Part shown: positions 53,823 to 63,805 of the stretch, in pieces
How the letters are laid out: the number at the start of each line of letters is the position of its first letter
How positions within the stretch are numbered: position 1 is the stretch's first letter
Source: Candidatus Parcubacteria bacterium
Lineage (GTDB): Bacteria > Patescibacteriota > Minisyncoccia > Phycocordibacterales > CAIJYI01
NCBI GenBank assembly: GCA_026395595.1
Contig: JAPLYL010000003.1
Coordinates: 76,136 to 140,135 of the forward strand
Reading direction: 5' to 3'
DNA: 64,000 nt
Made by a program: the position numbers and the translations under genes
The notes under the pieces: generated by a model
Told to the model about the DNA's origin: nothing
The model's database searches: none
The model's input: the letters and a program-made list of their open reading frames with translations, nothing else

Positions 53823-54923
53823 ATGAAACTTCTTATTGCCACACCTCTTTATTTTCCGGAGATCGGCGGGCCGGCAACGTATACCAAATTTTTGGAAGAA
53901 AATCTTCCGAAAGATCAATTTGAAATTGAGGTTGTTCGGTTTAGCGAGGTAAAACATTTGCCGTACATTATTCGGCATATTGCTTTCTTTTGGAAAGTTT
54001 TTTGTTGCGCAAAAAAAGCGGATATGGTGTATGCGCTTGATCCGTTAGGCGTTGGTTTGCCGGCGGGTTTTGTCGCAAAACTTCGCGGTAAAAGATTTTT
54101 TCTGCGTATTGCCGGCGATAGAGCATGGGAAACTGCCCAGCAGAAATTCGGCATAACGGAATCGTTGGACACTTTTTCCGCATCAAAGAATTATTCCTTA
54201 CCGATACGTCTTTTAAAATTCGGTCAAACACGGTGCGCAAAAATGGCAGAGAGGATAATAGTGCCGAGCAGTTATCTCCAATTGGTGATTTCAAACTGGG
54301 GGATAAAAAAAGAAAAAATCAGAGTGGTCTACAACGCTTTTGAACCAATTGAAATTCTCGAAGGCAAAGAAATGCTTCGCCAAAAATTTGATATGAAAGG
54401 TACGGTCTTTATGAGCGCCGGCAGAATGGTGATATGGAAAGGTTTTGAAATGATCATCCGTTTACTGCCGAAATTGAAAAAAGAAATACCCGATGCCATT
54501 TTGCATATCGCAGGAGACGGTCCAGAAAAAGAAAAATTGGAACGCTTAGTCAAAGAACTTTCTCTTCAAAATGAAGTTATATTTTTAGGCAACATACCGA
54601 AAGACGAATTACTGCGAAGAATAAAAGCTTCAGATGTTTTTGTTTTGAATACTTTTTACGAAGGTTTTGCTCATCAGCTTCTTGAAGCGATGTCGGTTGG
54701 AACACCTGTGGTTTCAACCAACGTCGGAGGGAATCCTGAATTGATAGAAGATCAAAAAGAAGGTTTTTTGGTTGAATACAATAACGAGGAAGCCTTCCTT
54801 TCTGTTTTTCGAAAAACTTTGGATAAAGGCATATCTGAAGGGGTAGTACAAAAAGCTAAAGAAAAATTATTACAATTTACGGTCAAAAGAGCGGTTGATT
54901 CGTTTATTAAAGAATGCCAATAA
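53823..54923 (+). CDS. Glycosyltransferase family 4 (GT-B).
   Basis: The C-terminal EX7E-type motif is EGFAHQLLEAMSVGTPVVSTNVGGNPELIED. Confidence 0.8.
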   Translation: MKLLIATPLYFPEIGGPATYTKFLEENLPKDQFEIEVVRFSEVKHLPYIIRHIAFFWKVFCCAKKADMVYALDPLGVGLPAGFVAKLRGKRFFLRIAGDRAWETAQQKFGITESLDTFSASKNYSLPIRLLKFGQTRCAKMAERIIVPSSYLQLVISNWGIKKEKIRVVYNAFEPIEILEGKEMLRQKFDMKGTVFMSAGRMVIWKGFEMIIRLLPKLKKEIPDAILHIAGDGPEKEKLERLVKELSLQNEVIFLGNIPKDELLRRIKASDVFVLNTFYEGFAHQLLEAMSVGTPVVSTNVGGNPELIEDQKEGFLVEYNNEEAFLSVFRKTLDKGISEGVVQKAKEKLLQFTVKRAVDSFIKECQ

Positions 54924-56140
54924 TTATGAACGAACATAAAAAATTGCGAATACTTTCCATTTCCACCGATCGTGACATTTTCAGAGAGGGAAGCGAGGCG
55001 GAAGGGCGTATGAAAGATCTCGGCTCTATCGTTGAGGAGCTTCACATTATCGTTTTCACCAAAGGTTTCAAGTTTTTGAAAAAAAGACAGGTTTCGTCAA
55101 ATGTATGGGCCTATCCGACCAATTCTTTGTCTCGGTGGTTTTATATTTTTGGCGCGTACGCTTTGGCGAAGAAATTGTTTTTATTGCCTCGTGAGGATCT
55201 TTCTCCTTTTCTTTCAAACATTGATCTTATTACAACGCAAGATCCTTTTGAGTGCGGACTTGCCGGATATTTTATTTCAAAAAAACTTCATGCCCCGCTT
55301 CATTTCCAAATTCATACCGATTTCTTGAACGAGAACTTCCGGACGCAATCGCTCTTGAATCGCATAAGAGTGATTATCGCAAAATTCCTTCTTCGCGGCC
55401 GCGCAAATATAAGAGTCGTTTCGGAGAGAATAAAATTCTCCATTTTGGAAAAGATGTTTTATGGAAAACAGCTTTCTCCTCGCATTATAACGCTTCCGGT
55501 TTTTGTTGATGTAACCAGATTTAAAGAAACTCCCGAAACGCGTTTTCTTTCCGAAAAATATCCGGGACACAGTCTTCTTATTCTTGTTGTCTCACGTCTC
55601 GAAAAAGAAAAGAACGTCGGTCTCGCTATTCGTCTTGTTGCGGAAACGCGAAAGAGATCCTCTGATTCTCGTATCGGCATGGTTATTGCGGGAAGCGGAA
55701 GCGAAGAAAAATCTCTTCGCTCTCTTGTTAAAAGACTAAAACTGAAAGATCATGTTTTTTTTGAAGGGAAGGTTAATAATCTTGCTCCCTATTACAAATC
55801 GGCAGATCTTCTTTTTGTTACTTCTTTATATGAGGGGTATGGAAGAATGTTCCTTGAGGCATTCGCTTCGGGGTGTCCGGTCATTACTCATGATGTCGGC
55901 GCCGCGAAAGATATTCTTGGAAACACCAATGGAATAGTCTGTGATGAAGCGGATGAACTCTGTCTTATTCATAATCTGTCTGTGCTTTCAAAAGAGCCCG
56001 CGAGTCTTGATCAACTCAAACATTCCGCTCGCGCCAGCGCGGAACATTTTACTCCGAAAACAAAAGAACAATATCTCTCTGAATACCGCGATATGCTGGA
56101 AAAAGCGTCGGCGCGTGATGAATTTTTCCCGGTCCATTGA
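54914..56140 (+). CDS. Glycosyltransferase family 4 (GT-B).
   Basis: It has EGYGRMFLEAFASGCPVITHDVGAAKDIL. It overlaps the previous gene by 10 nt, so the two are coupled in an operon. Confidence 0.8.
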   Translation: MPIIMNEHKKLRILSISTDRDIFREGSEAEGRMKDLGSIVEELHIIVFTKGFKFLKKRQVSSNVWAYPTNSLSRWFYIFGAYALAKKLFLLPREDLSPFLSNIDLITTQDPFECGLAGYFISKKLHAPLHFQIHTDFLNENFRTQSLLNRIRVIIAKFLLRGRANIRVVSERIKFSILEKMFYGKQLSPRIITLPVFVDVTRFKETPETRFLSEKYPGHSLLILVVSRLEKEKNVGLAIRLVAETRKRSSDSRIGMVIAGSGSEEKSLRSLVKRLKLKDHVFFEGKVNNLAPYYKSADLLFVTSLYEGYGRMFLEAFASGCPVITHDVGAAKDILGNTNGIVCDEADELCLIHNLSVLSKEPASLDQLKHSARASAEHFTPKTKEQYLSEYRDMLEKASARDEFFPVH

Positions 56141-56187
56141 CTTTACCAATAGTTGTGGTTTTTTCTCATTTTTGGTAAGGTTTCTTT

Positions 56188-57906
56188 ATGGTATTTGATA
56201 ATATCCGAACTGAAAGCGATGTAGAGAAACTTAAAAAACGGATCACGAAAGATGCGGTTCTTTTTGCACGTCTGATTGAAATACGCAAAAAAATGAAGTA
56301 CTCCCGAAGAGGAGAACCTACCTCCGCCAAAGGCTTCGGCGAGGTGAGGGAAGACTCGGCGGTAAAAAGTTCTTCTTACGATATGCCGACCAATGCTGAG
56401 GTGCTTGGTTTGTATCGTGAAATGCGCGCTTCGGGAGAAGAACCGGCAAATCCTGTTCTTGAATTGGCGTTGCGAAAAATAAAAACAAAAAGCAATTCGG
56501 GTGTGGCGGTCGTTTCTCTTCTTACGAAGCCTTTTCCTTGCCCGGGGAAATGCACCTATTGTCCGACGGAAGCGAATATGCCGAAAAGTTATTTATCAAA
56601 AGAGCCGGCGGCCGCGCGCGCACTGACGAATGAATTTGATCCAAGGAAACAAATAACTTCCCGGCTTGAGGCGCTCATTACGAACGGACATGCCGTTGAT
56701 AAAATAGAAATAATCGTTATCGGAGGAACGTGGAGTTTTTATCATTCAGCTTACCGTGAATTTGTTATCAAAGAATGTTTCCGCGCCTGCAATGATTTTG
56801 ATCCCATAACCTTTCTGAATCCGAATCCGGAATTACACAGGACTACCCTGTGTACACAGGGTAGTCCTGTGTATGAACTTGACGAACTTCAAAAGCAAAA
56901 CGAGAAGGCAAAATGTCGGATTGTCGGACTTTCCATTGAAACGCGCCCCGATTACATTACCCCCGAAGAAATACAACGTCTGCGCAATTATGGTGTTACA
57001 AAGGTTGAGATAGGCGTACAACATTTAGATGATAAAGTTCTCACCGAGACGAAACGCGATATGACGAAAGCTGATATCGCACGGGCGACAGAATTACTCC
57101 GCGATGCCGGAATAAAGGTGGTGTACCACATGATGCCGAACCTTCCGGGAAGCGATGTAAAAAAAGATATTGAAATGTTCCGAGAGCTTTTCGCGGATGG
57201 TTCCGGGTTTCAACCCGACATGCTAAAAATTTATCCATGCATGGTTTTGGAGGGAAGTGAATTGTATGAAATATGGAAATCCGGAAAATTCCGCACCTAT
57301 ACCAATGATGAGCTTATGGAAGTTCTCCGTGAAGCAAAAAAACTCGTTCCCCCGTATGTTCGCATTTTGCGTGTTATTCGAGATATTCCGGCTGATTATG
57401 TAAAAGCGGGAAGTATCATTTCCAATATGCGCCAATGGCTGGAAGAAGACCAGAAAAAAAATAACTGGAAATGTCGATGTATTCGCTGTCGCGAAGTAAG
57501 GGAAAGGGAAGTGGATGTTTCCGAATGTTCTCTCATAAAAAGAGAATATAATACGCTTTCAGGAAAAGAATTTTTTCTGAGCTACGAAGATGAAAAGAAG
57601 GACATTCTCATTTCTTTTTTGCGTTTACGGTTTCCCGATAAAAATACAGAAACTACTTTACCGGTTTTGAAAAATTCAGCGCTCGTGCGAGAGCTTCATA
57701 CTTACGGAAGATTGGTGCCGATTCACAAAGAAGGAGAACAAGGTCAGCATCGCGGTTTTGGAAAACTCCTTTTGGAAGAGGCTGAAAAACTGGCGCGTAA
57801 AAACGGCTACAAAAAACTCGCCGTTATTTCTGGTGTCGGTGTACGAGAATACTACCGCAAACTCGGTTACGAACTGGAAGAAACCTATATGGTGAAAGAG
57901 TTATAA
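56188..57906 (+). CDS. Elp3-like tRNA carboxymethyluridine synthase (radical SAM plus C-terminal GNAT).
   Basis: The radical-SAM Cys cluster is CPGKCTYCP. The C-terminal GNAT motif A is QHRGFGKLLLEEAEKLARKNGYKKLAVISGVGVREYYRKLGY. Its 572 aa fit bacterial and archaeal Elp3. Confidence 0.8.
   Translation: MVFDNIRTESDVEKLKKRITKDAVLFARLIEIRKKMKYSRRGEPTSAKGFGEVREDSAVKSSSYDMPTNAEVLGLYREMRASGEEPANPVLELALRKIKTKSNSGVAVVSLLTKPFPCPGKCTYCPTEANMPKSYLSKEPAAARALTNEFDPRKQITSRLEALITNGHAVDKIEIIVIGGTWSFYHSAYREFVIKECFRACNDFDPITFLNPNPELHRTTLCTQGSPVYELDELQKQNEKAKCRIVGLSIETRPDYITPEEIQRLRNYGVTKVEIGVQHLDDKVLTETKRDMTKADIARATELLRDAGIKVVYHMMPNLPGSDVKKDIEMFRELFADGSGFQPDMLKIYPCMVLEGSELYEIWKSGKFRTYTNDELMEVLREAKKLVPPYVRILRVIRDIPADYVKAGSIISNMRQWLEEDQKKNNWKCRCIRCREVREREVDVSECSLIKREYNTLSGKEFFLSYEDEKKDILISFLRLRFPDKNTETTLPVLKNSALVRELHTYGRLVPIHKEGEQGQHRGFGKLLLEEAEKLARKNGYKKLAVISGVGVREYYRKLGYELEETYMVKEL
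56834..56873. repeat. Perfect 40-bp palindrome with no spacer inside the Elp3 coding sequence (t-acacaggactaccctgtgt | acacagggtagtcctgtgt-a). It encodes HRTTLCTQGSPVY in frame.
   Basis: It was verified base by base as its own reverse complement. Its local GC is much higher than the surrounding gene. Confidence 0.7.
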
Positions 57907-57911
57907 AAAAT

Positions 57912-57937
57912 ACCGCCCCAAATATCGGGGCGGTATA
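57912..57937. terminator. Bidirectional terminator between the convergent Elp3 and pckA genes.
   Basis: accgccccaaatatcggggcggt forms a hairpin flanked by A/T runs. Confidence 0.7.
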
Positions 57938-57964
57938 ACTTTACGTTACATTAGATTCACTGAA

Positions 57965-59569
57965 TTATACAGAGCCTGTTTGATGAGGTCCTGCTGCGCG
58001 AATGGTTTCAGGAAGATCTGCAAATTTTGCATTATGATTTTCCAGATAGTATCCGATAAGTTTTTCCCTCATTTCACGGTAGGCTTTTTTGTCGCCCCAC
58101 GCGAGTTCCGGATTAAGCAAGTTGTCGTCAATGCCGGGAACATGTTCTGGAATATCCAGGTTGAGCGCGTCAAGATGCTTTGTCGGAACATCGTCCAATT
58201 CGCCGTTTAACGCCGCGTGGATGATTCTTCTTGTTGTTGCAAGAGCGAATCTTCGTCCATTTCCATCGGCGGTCCCGCCTTGCCAACCGGTATTTACCAG
58301 CCAGACTCGGGGTTGATGTGTTTTAACGCGTTCTTCCAAAAGATCGGTATAGTGATGGAAATGAAGAGGGAAGAAAGCCGCTCCGTAACCGAAGCTGAAC
58401 TTATGCTTCACAGTGTCTTTTTCTTGACCCATCACCGTACCGCCGCCTTCTGTTGTATAGGCATTGGCAAAATGGAAGAGCGCCGCTTCTGGCGATAATC
58501 TTGAAACGGCAGGAAGCACGCCATAGGCATCTCTGGTTAAGAAGAAAATGTTTTCGGGGTGTCCTCCTTTGTTGCCGGGCATGACATTTTTGATGTGCGA
58601 ACGATCATAGGACACTCGCACGTTTTCAATGCGCGGATTATGCAGACTCGGAATGTTGTCTTCCGTTACGTCGGCATTTTCCACGATGGCGCCGTCGTAA
58701 ATCGCGTTGTAAATGTCGGGTTCTGTTTCCAGAGAGATACCGATGCCTTTCGCATAACATCCGCCTTCCATGTTACAAACGCCTTCGTCGCACCAGATGT
58801 GTTCATCATCGCCGATAAGATATCGTTCAGGGTCGGCAGACAAGGTGGTTTTTCCTCCGCCGGACAACGCTAAGAAAAGCGCGGTATCGCCATGCTCGCC
58901 GACGTTTGCCGCGCAGTGCATGGTGAGGTTTCCTTCAAGAGGCAATTCGGTATTCATCATCGTGAAGACGGATTTTTTCATTTCTCCACCGTAGTGCATG
59001 CCGGCAAGCAGAATGCGTCTGCCTGTGAAATCAATAAAAATACCGCGTCCTTCTTTCACCCCGTAACTTCGGTGAAGAAGAAATGATGGATCGTTTACTA
59101 TCGTCCACTCGTCTGAAGTTTTCAAGTTGGTATGTTTTTGCAATTCAATAAACATATTGAGCGCAAATATCGCATGCCACGCATAGTGTGTGTATACTTT
59201 TAATTTGCGGGAATGTTTTGTGTTTGCACCGACATACAAGTTGGAAAGGAAAAGCGGTTTTGGCGCATTTTTCGCATGAACGAGCGCGTCTTGCCAGACC
59301 ATTTCAAAAAGCTTGTCATCAAACGGTTGGTTTAATTTAACGCCCCAGTTGATATGCTCGTCATATCTTGAGCCGGTTACAAAATATCGGGCATCTTGCG
59401 AGCGCCCGGTTCTTTCTCCTGTCATGACGCGAATGGCGCCGTGTTTCGTATATCTTGCCTGTGTGACCCCCTCGGTTTCAAATCGGAGGCAGTGACCGGA
59501 GAGTTCGTTTCTCCCGAGACTTACAGTGGATATATCTTCAATTTGATGATTGGAATGGTTTTCTGTCAT
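57965..59569 (-). CDS. pckA: Phosphoenolpyruvate carboxykinase (ATP).
   Basis: The kinase-1a / P-loop is ALSGGGKTTLS and is followed by ...IGDDEHIWCDEGVCNMEGGCYAKG... Its 534 aa are typical of ATP-PEPCK. Confidence 0.9.
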   Translation of the reverse strand: MTENHSNHQIEDISTVSLGRNELSGHCLRFETEGVTQARYTKHGAIRVMTGERTGRSQDARYFVTGSRYDEHINWGVKLNQPFDDKLFEMVWQDALVHAKNAPKPLFLSNLYVGANTKHSRKLKVYTHYAWHAIFALNMFIELQKHTNLKTSDEWTIVNDPSFLLHRSYGVKEGRGIFIDFTGRRILLAGMHYGGEMKKSVFTMMNTELPLEGNLTMHCAANVGEHGDTALFLALSGGGKTTLSADPERYLIGDDEHIWCDEGVCNMEGGCYAKGIGISLETEPDIYNAIYDGAIVENADVTEDNIPSLHNPRIENVRVSYDRSHIKNVMPGNKGGHPENIFFLTRDAYGVLPAVSRLSPEAALFHFANAYTTEGGGTVMGQEKDTVKHKFSFGYGAAFFPLHFHHYTDLLEERVKTHQPRVWLVNTGWQGGTADGNGRRFALATTRRIIHAALNGELDDVPTKHLDALNLDIPEHVPGIDDNLLNPELAWGDKKAYREMREKLIGYYLENHNAKFADLPETIRAAGPHQTGSV

Positions 59570-59745
59570 CTGGACATCTCCTGTTTATTTTTCAGTAATC
59601 TTGTAAAAGTACAAGGCTAGGGGAGAGCATAACACATTTTAAAGAAAACGCAATAGAATTGGAAACCGCAGAGAAATACACAGACAAAATAAAAATGCCG
59701 TGGAAAATCAGCCTAAAAAGGGGTATACTATAATTCTTACGCGAC

Positions 59746-60840
59746 ATGAAAATCATTATCCTTCTTAATCAATTTGAACCCACTGATACGAATAAGCATC
59801 TTCTGGATGACGTTCTTTTTTTAAGACAGCAGAACATTGATGCGAGAATCTTGACTCTTTCCCACGAGGTTCCCGGAAAAACTCTTTACAGCGAATCGTT
59901 GTTCACGAAAGAAAATTTTTCTTGCGTTTCTTTCGGCCGGAAATGGGACCCGAGAGAGTGGAAAAAACTCATCGCTCGTCTTTCTTACGAAGAACCCGAT
60001 CTTATTATTGTCGGAGAAGAAAAAATAAAAATACTCGGAATTATTTCCGCGCGTCTTTCTCATGTTCAAAACCTTTTTATTTTTTCCTATGATCAAAAAA
60101 TGATTCAATCATCCCGATCATTTTTTGGAGGTATTTTTGATTATCTTGCCAATCTTTTTATCGTCGCTTCCGATTCGGTAAAAGAAGAGATTCTTTCTCA
60201 ATGGTTATCTTCTTCTCATGTCGCCGTCATTCCTGCCGGAATCCCCTTTGATGATTACGGAAAACCCCCCGCTCTCAGAATACGAAGTGAATTTGGTTTT
60301 GGAGAAAATGAATTTATTTTTCTTTTTGTCGGAGACCTTCTTCCTGAAAAAGGTGCAGACGTTCTTCTTCGTGCCTTTTCAAAAGTACCGGAAGGAAAGC
60401 TCCTTATTATCGGCGATGGCGTTGAAAAAAGAAATCTTGAATCTCTCTCCGAGAGTCTGGGTTTAAAAGAGAAGGTTTTGTTTATGAAAACCTATTCGGA
60501 TGTTCCAGGACTTTTAATGCAAGCGGGGGCGATAGTTTTTCCTTCCAAAAAAGAAGAACCTCCCTCTGTTTTTGTCCCCGCTCTCATTTCCGGACTTCCT
60601 GTCATTGTATCAGATTTTCCCGGAGCAGAAGAATTGATACGAAACGGAGAAAATGGTTTAATCGTTAGAAAACAGGATTCAGAAGATCTCGCAGAAGCAA
60701 TGAAAACCCTTCTTTTGAATCCAAAGATATTCGCTGAATATCAAAAAGATATGAAGAAAGAATTAGAGAAATTTTCCGTTTCGTCTCATTGCGCAAAAAT
60801 ACTTTCTTTCATTAAAACAACAAAGAAAAACACTTTATGA
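59746..60840 (+). CDS. Glycosyltransferase family 4.
   Basis: The GT-B C-terminal region PALISGLPVIVSDFPGAEELIRNGENGLIV is present. Confidence 0.7.
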   Translation: MKIIILLNQFEPTDTNKHLLDDVLFLRQQNIDARILTLSHEVPGKTLYSESLFTKENFSCVSFGRKWDPREWKKLIARLSYEEPDLIIVGEEKIKILGIISARLSHVQNLFIFSYDQKMIQSSRSFFGGIFDYLANLFIVASDSVKEEILSQWLSSSHVAVIPAGIPFDDYGKPPALRIRSEFGFGENEFIFLFVGDLLPEKGADVLLRAFSKVPEGKLLIIGDGVEKRNLESLSESLGLKEKVLFMKTYSDVPGLLMQAGAIVFPSKKEEPPSVFVPALISGLPVIVSDFPGAEELIRNGENGLIVRKQDSEDLAEAMKTLLLNPKIFAEYQKDMKKELEKFSVSSHCAKILSFIKTTKKNTL

Positions 60841-61970
60841 AACACAAAATTTGTTATGTCCTTCCCGAATACAAAGAAGGTCTGGCGACCCACTTCTCCT
60901 ATATTGAGCGCCTCCTCTGCGAAGCGACCAAAGAGCTTGAGGTTTTTCTTATTATTGAAAAAGGCAATGTACCGAGAGGTAATTTGGGCTGCGTAAAAAT
61001 AAAAACAATCGGTTCTTCCAATTTTCTGCTTCGTTCCATAAAATTGAAATTCTGGCTTTTATATGCGCGTTTTTACGGATACTGCGATTTTTATGTGCAT
61101 TATTCTTTTCTTTCCGCCATTACCGCTTCTTTTATCGCAAAGATTTTTGGAGGCAGGGTTTTTTATTGGAACTGCGGAGAACCATGGAAATACAAACGTT
61201 CTTTTCTTCGTGAGCGATTTGAACGATGGACGTATCGTCTCGTAACTTTTGTCGTTACCGGTACGGATCATCTTGCCGGTGAATATGCCAAGCATTATGA
61301 TATTCCGCGGGAGAAAATACTGGCGATGCCGAACTGGATAGATGTTGAACGATTTGAAGAGGAGCCGAACAAGAGGGAACTGCGAAAAGAATTGGAACTT
61401 CCCGTTGATAAAAAAATAATTCTTTTTGCTCACCGTCTTTCTCTTCGGAAGGGTTCTCGGATGATCCTTCCTGCCGCAAGAGACCTTCTTTCTGTGAGGA
61501 ATGACATCTTTTTTGCCGTCGTCGGAACCGGCCCTGATGAAGAAAAACTCCGCGCGCGTGCGCAGGGTTCCGAATCTTTGCGGCATGCCATTCATTTTTT
61601 TGGAGCCGTTCCCAATCGTGAAATTCAAAAATATTTTGCCGCGTCGGATGTGTTTTTCATGCCGTCTCAAGAAGAGGGTTTTCCTCGCGTCGTTCTTGAG
61701 GCCATGGCATCGGGAGTTCCGATCGTCGCTTCCGATGTCGGCTCTGTTTCTGAAATCATCCCCGTTTCCATGAAGCCGTTTATCGTACACCCGAATGATA
61801 CCTCCGGTTTTGTCCGAACGCTCAACATGGTTCTTTCTCAAAATTCCGAACAGAGACAAAAACAGCAAAAAGAGCTGAGAGAAAGAGCTCGGGAATTTGC
61901 CACCGGTACTGTGGTTAAGAGATTCGTTAAACTTTTTGAACATGCCGGAGGGAAACCTTGCCGACAGTAA
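60837..61970 (+). CDS. Glycosyltransferase family 4.
   Basis: It has EEGFPRVVLEAMASGVPIVASDVGSVSEII. A 4-nt overlap with the previous gene indicates translational coupling. Confidence 0.75.
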   Translation: MKHKICYVLPEYKEGLATHFSYIERLLCEATKELEVFLIIEKGNVPRGNLGCVKIKTIGSSNFLLRSIKLKFWLLYARFYGYCDFYVHYSFLSAITASFIAKIFGGRVFYWNCGEPWKYKRSFLRERFERWTYRLVTFVVTGTDHLAGEYAKHYDIPREKILAMPNWIDVERFEEEPNKRELRKELELPVDKKIILFAHRLSLRKGSRMILPAARDLLSVRNDIFFAVVGTGPDEEKLRARAQGSESLRHAIHFFGAVPNREIQKYFAASDVFFMPSQEEGFPRVVLEAMASGVPIVASDVGSVSEIIPVSMKPFIVHPNDTSGFVRTLNMVLSQNSEQRQKQQKELRERAREFATGTVVKRFVKLFEHAGGKPCRQ

Positions 61971-61983
61971 AAACACTTTTTCT

Positions 61984-62661
61984 ATGGAAAAAAACAGCGT
62001 AAAAGAATTTGAAGATGCGAGGTGGAGAGGAACCGATCAGACCTGCGGTTTTCGCCATTCCGAAGCCCTCAGAATGGTTTCAAAGGGGCAAAATGTCTTG
62101 GACATCGGTTGCGGGGACGGGCTTCTTTTAGAGGCACTGGTTAAGAAGGGTGCCGTCGTTTCCGGGGTTGATATCTCGGAGGAGGGGGTGAAGAAATGCC
62201 GAGCAAAAGGTCTTGAAGCCTCTGTTTCTGATGCTTCTCATGAGAAACTTCCTTTTCCTGATCATTCTGCTGATGTGGTTACTTTGCTTGATATTCTTGA
62301 ACATGTTTATTCGCCGGAAGTTCTTTTGAAAGAAGCCATTCGCGTTTCAAGAGGGAGTCTCATCATCGGCGTTCCGAATTTTAATTCTTTGCCGGCGCGC
62401 GTTCAGGTTTTGTTAGGAAAAGTGCCGGAAAATAATCTTCCTCATAAGGGGCACTTGTACTGGTTTAATTATGGCGTGTTGTTAAAACTCTTGAAAAAAA
62501 ATAATCTCCAAATAGAAGAAATGAGAGGAAATACTTTTTGGGAGAATGCGTCTCTTTTTGGTTTGGTAATGAAAGGGTTGTGCCGACTTTTTCCTTCTCT
62601 TTTTGCTTTGTCTTTTATCGTAAAAGCGACCGTTATAACTTCCGATAAAAATGAATCATAA
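61984..62661 (+). CDS. Class I SAM-dependent methyltransferase. Its start was re-assigned to MEKNSVKEF.
   Basis: Motif I is VLDIGCGDGLLLEAL. The track ORF from 61897 overlaps the previous gene in another frame. Confidence 0.7.
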   Translation: MEKNSVKEFEDARWRGTDQTCGFRHSEALRMVSKGQNVLDIGCGDGLLLEALVKKGAVVSGVDISEEGVKKCRAKGLEASVSDASHEKLPFPDHSADVVTLLDILEHVYSPEVLLKEAIRVSRGSLIIGVPNFNSLPARVQVLLGKVPENNLPHKGHLYWFNYGVLLKLLKKNNLQIEEMRGNTFWENASLFGLVMKGLCRLFPSLFALSFIVKATVITSDKNES

Positions 62662-63802
62662 ACCTTTAAACATTCTCGTTATCAATTGCGACTGGAGAAA
62701 CCTTTTTGAAACGGATTTTGATGAACTTCTCAAAAAGATGGATCGGTGCCTCATGCACACCGAACTCAATAATTTTTTCTTTTTTTCGTGGTCGGATAAA
62801 AGTTACGAAAAGAGAAACGGCGAAAGATTTTTTTCCGTGCATAAAAAAACCGTCTGGAAAAAATTCCGTCCGATGTTTGATTTTTTTTCCATTTTTTCTC
62901 TTCCTCTCACTCTTAAAAAACATCCGTTTCGCCCTGATATTATTTTAGTGTATGATCTCGGTTTTTTGCCGACGGCAAAAGCGGTAAAAAAACGCTTCGG
63001 AGGGAAAATAGTTCTCTGTCTTATAAACAGGCCGGAAGAACTTGCCCGAACGAGGAAGTTCGCTTTAGTAAAAGCGTGGTACTCTCTCCTCGGGGAAAAG
63101 TTTTTCATTCATTCTGCCGATATCGTCTACACCATCAATTCCTCCATGAAGCGCTATATTGAATCTCTTGGATTTCCGAGCGAACAAATAAAGATATTTT
63201 CTTGCGATACTATCCGTCGTGACATTCCTTTTATTGAAAATTCCGTTCGCGGAACAATAAGACGACAATACGGCATTTCGCCCGAGAAAAAGATCATTCT
63301 TTCTGTCGGAAGATTGGAGGCTGAAAAAGATTTTCCTCGCCTCTTTGAAATACTTTCTCGTTTGGATGAAAAATATCTGCTTATTATTCTCGGAAGCGGA
63401 AGTCTTCTTTTTGAATTTCAAAAGAGAGTAAAAGAACTCGGGATTGAAAAAGGGGTCATTTTTGCCGGATTGGTAGAGAGAAAAGACCTTTGGAATTATT
63501 ATTTGGACGCCGATGTTTTTATGTTACTGTCTCTCTCTGAAGCGCTTGGATTAGTGTTTTGGGAAGCCATGTATATGGGTCTTGCTGTTATCGGGAGTAG
63601 GGCAACGGGTATTTTGGAGACTATCGGGAGTGATGGAGAGAGGGGTTTTCTGGTGGGGGAAAAAGATGATATACTGAGCATTACCGAAAAAATAGACTTA
63701 TGCTTTGCCGGCGGTGAAAAAATAGAAGAAATGAAAAAGAGAGCGCGGGAATACGTAGAAGTGCAAATGAAAAATACTCTATCCATTAACGATATCCTCT
63801 AA
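62651..63802 (+). CDS. Glycosyltransferase family 4.
   Basis: It has EALGLVFWEAMYMGLAVIGSRATGILETI. It overlaps the MTase gene by 11 nt. Confidence 0.7.
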   Translation: MNHKPLNILVINCDWRNLFETDFDELLKKMDRCLMHTELNNFFFFSWSDKSYEKRNGERFFSVHKKTVWKKFRPMFDFFSIFSLPLTLKKHPFRPDIILVYDLGFLPTAKAVKKRFGGKIVLCLINRPEELARTRKFALVKAWYSLLGEKFFIHSADIVYTINSSMKRYIESLGFPSEQIKIFSCDTIRRDIPFIENSVRGTIRRQYGISPEKKIILSVGRLEAEKDFPRLFEILSRLDEKYLLIILGSGSLLFEFQKRVKELGIEKGVIFAGLVERKDLWNYYLDADVFMLLSLSEALGLVFWEAMYMGLAVIGSRATGILETIGSDGERGFLVGEKDDILSITEKIDLCFAGGEKIEEMKKRAREYVEVQMKNTLSINDIL

Positions 63803-63805
63803 TTT

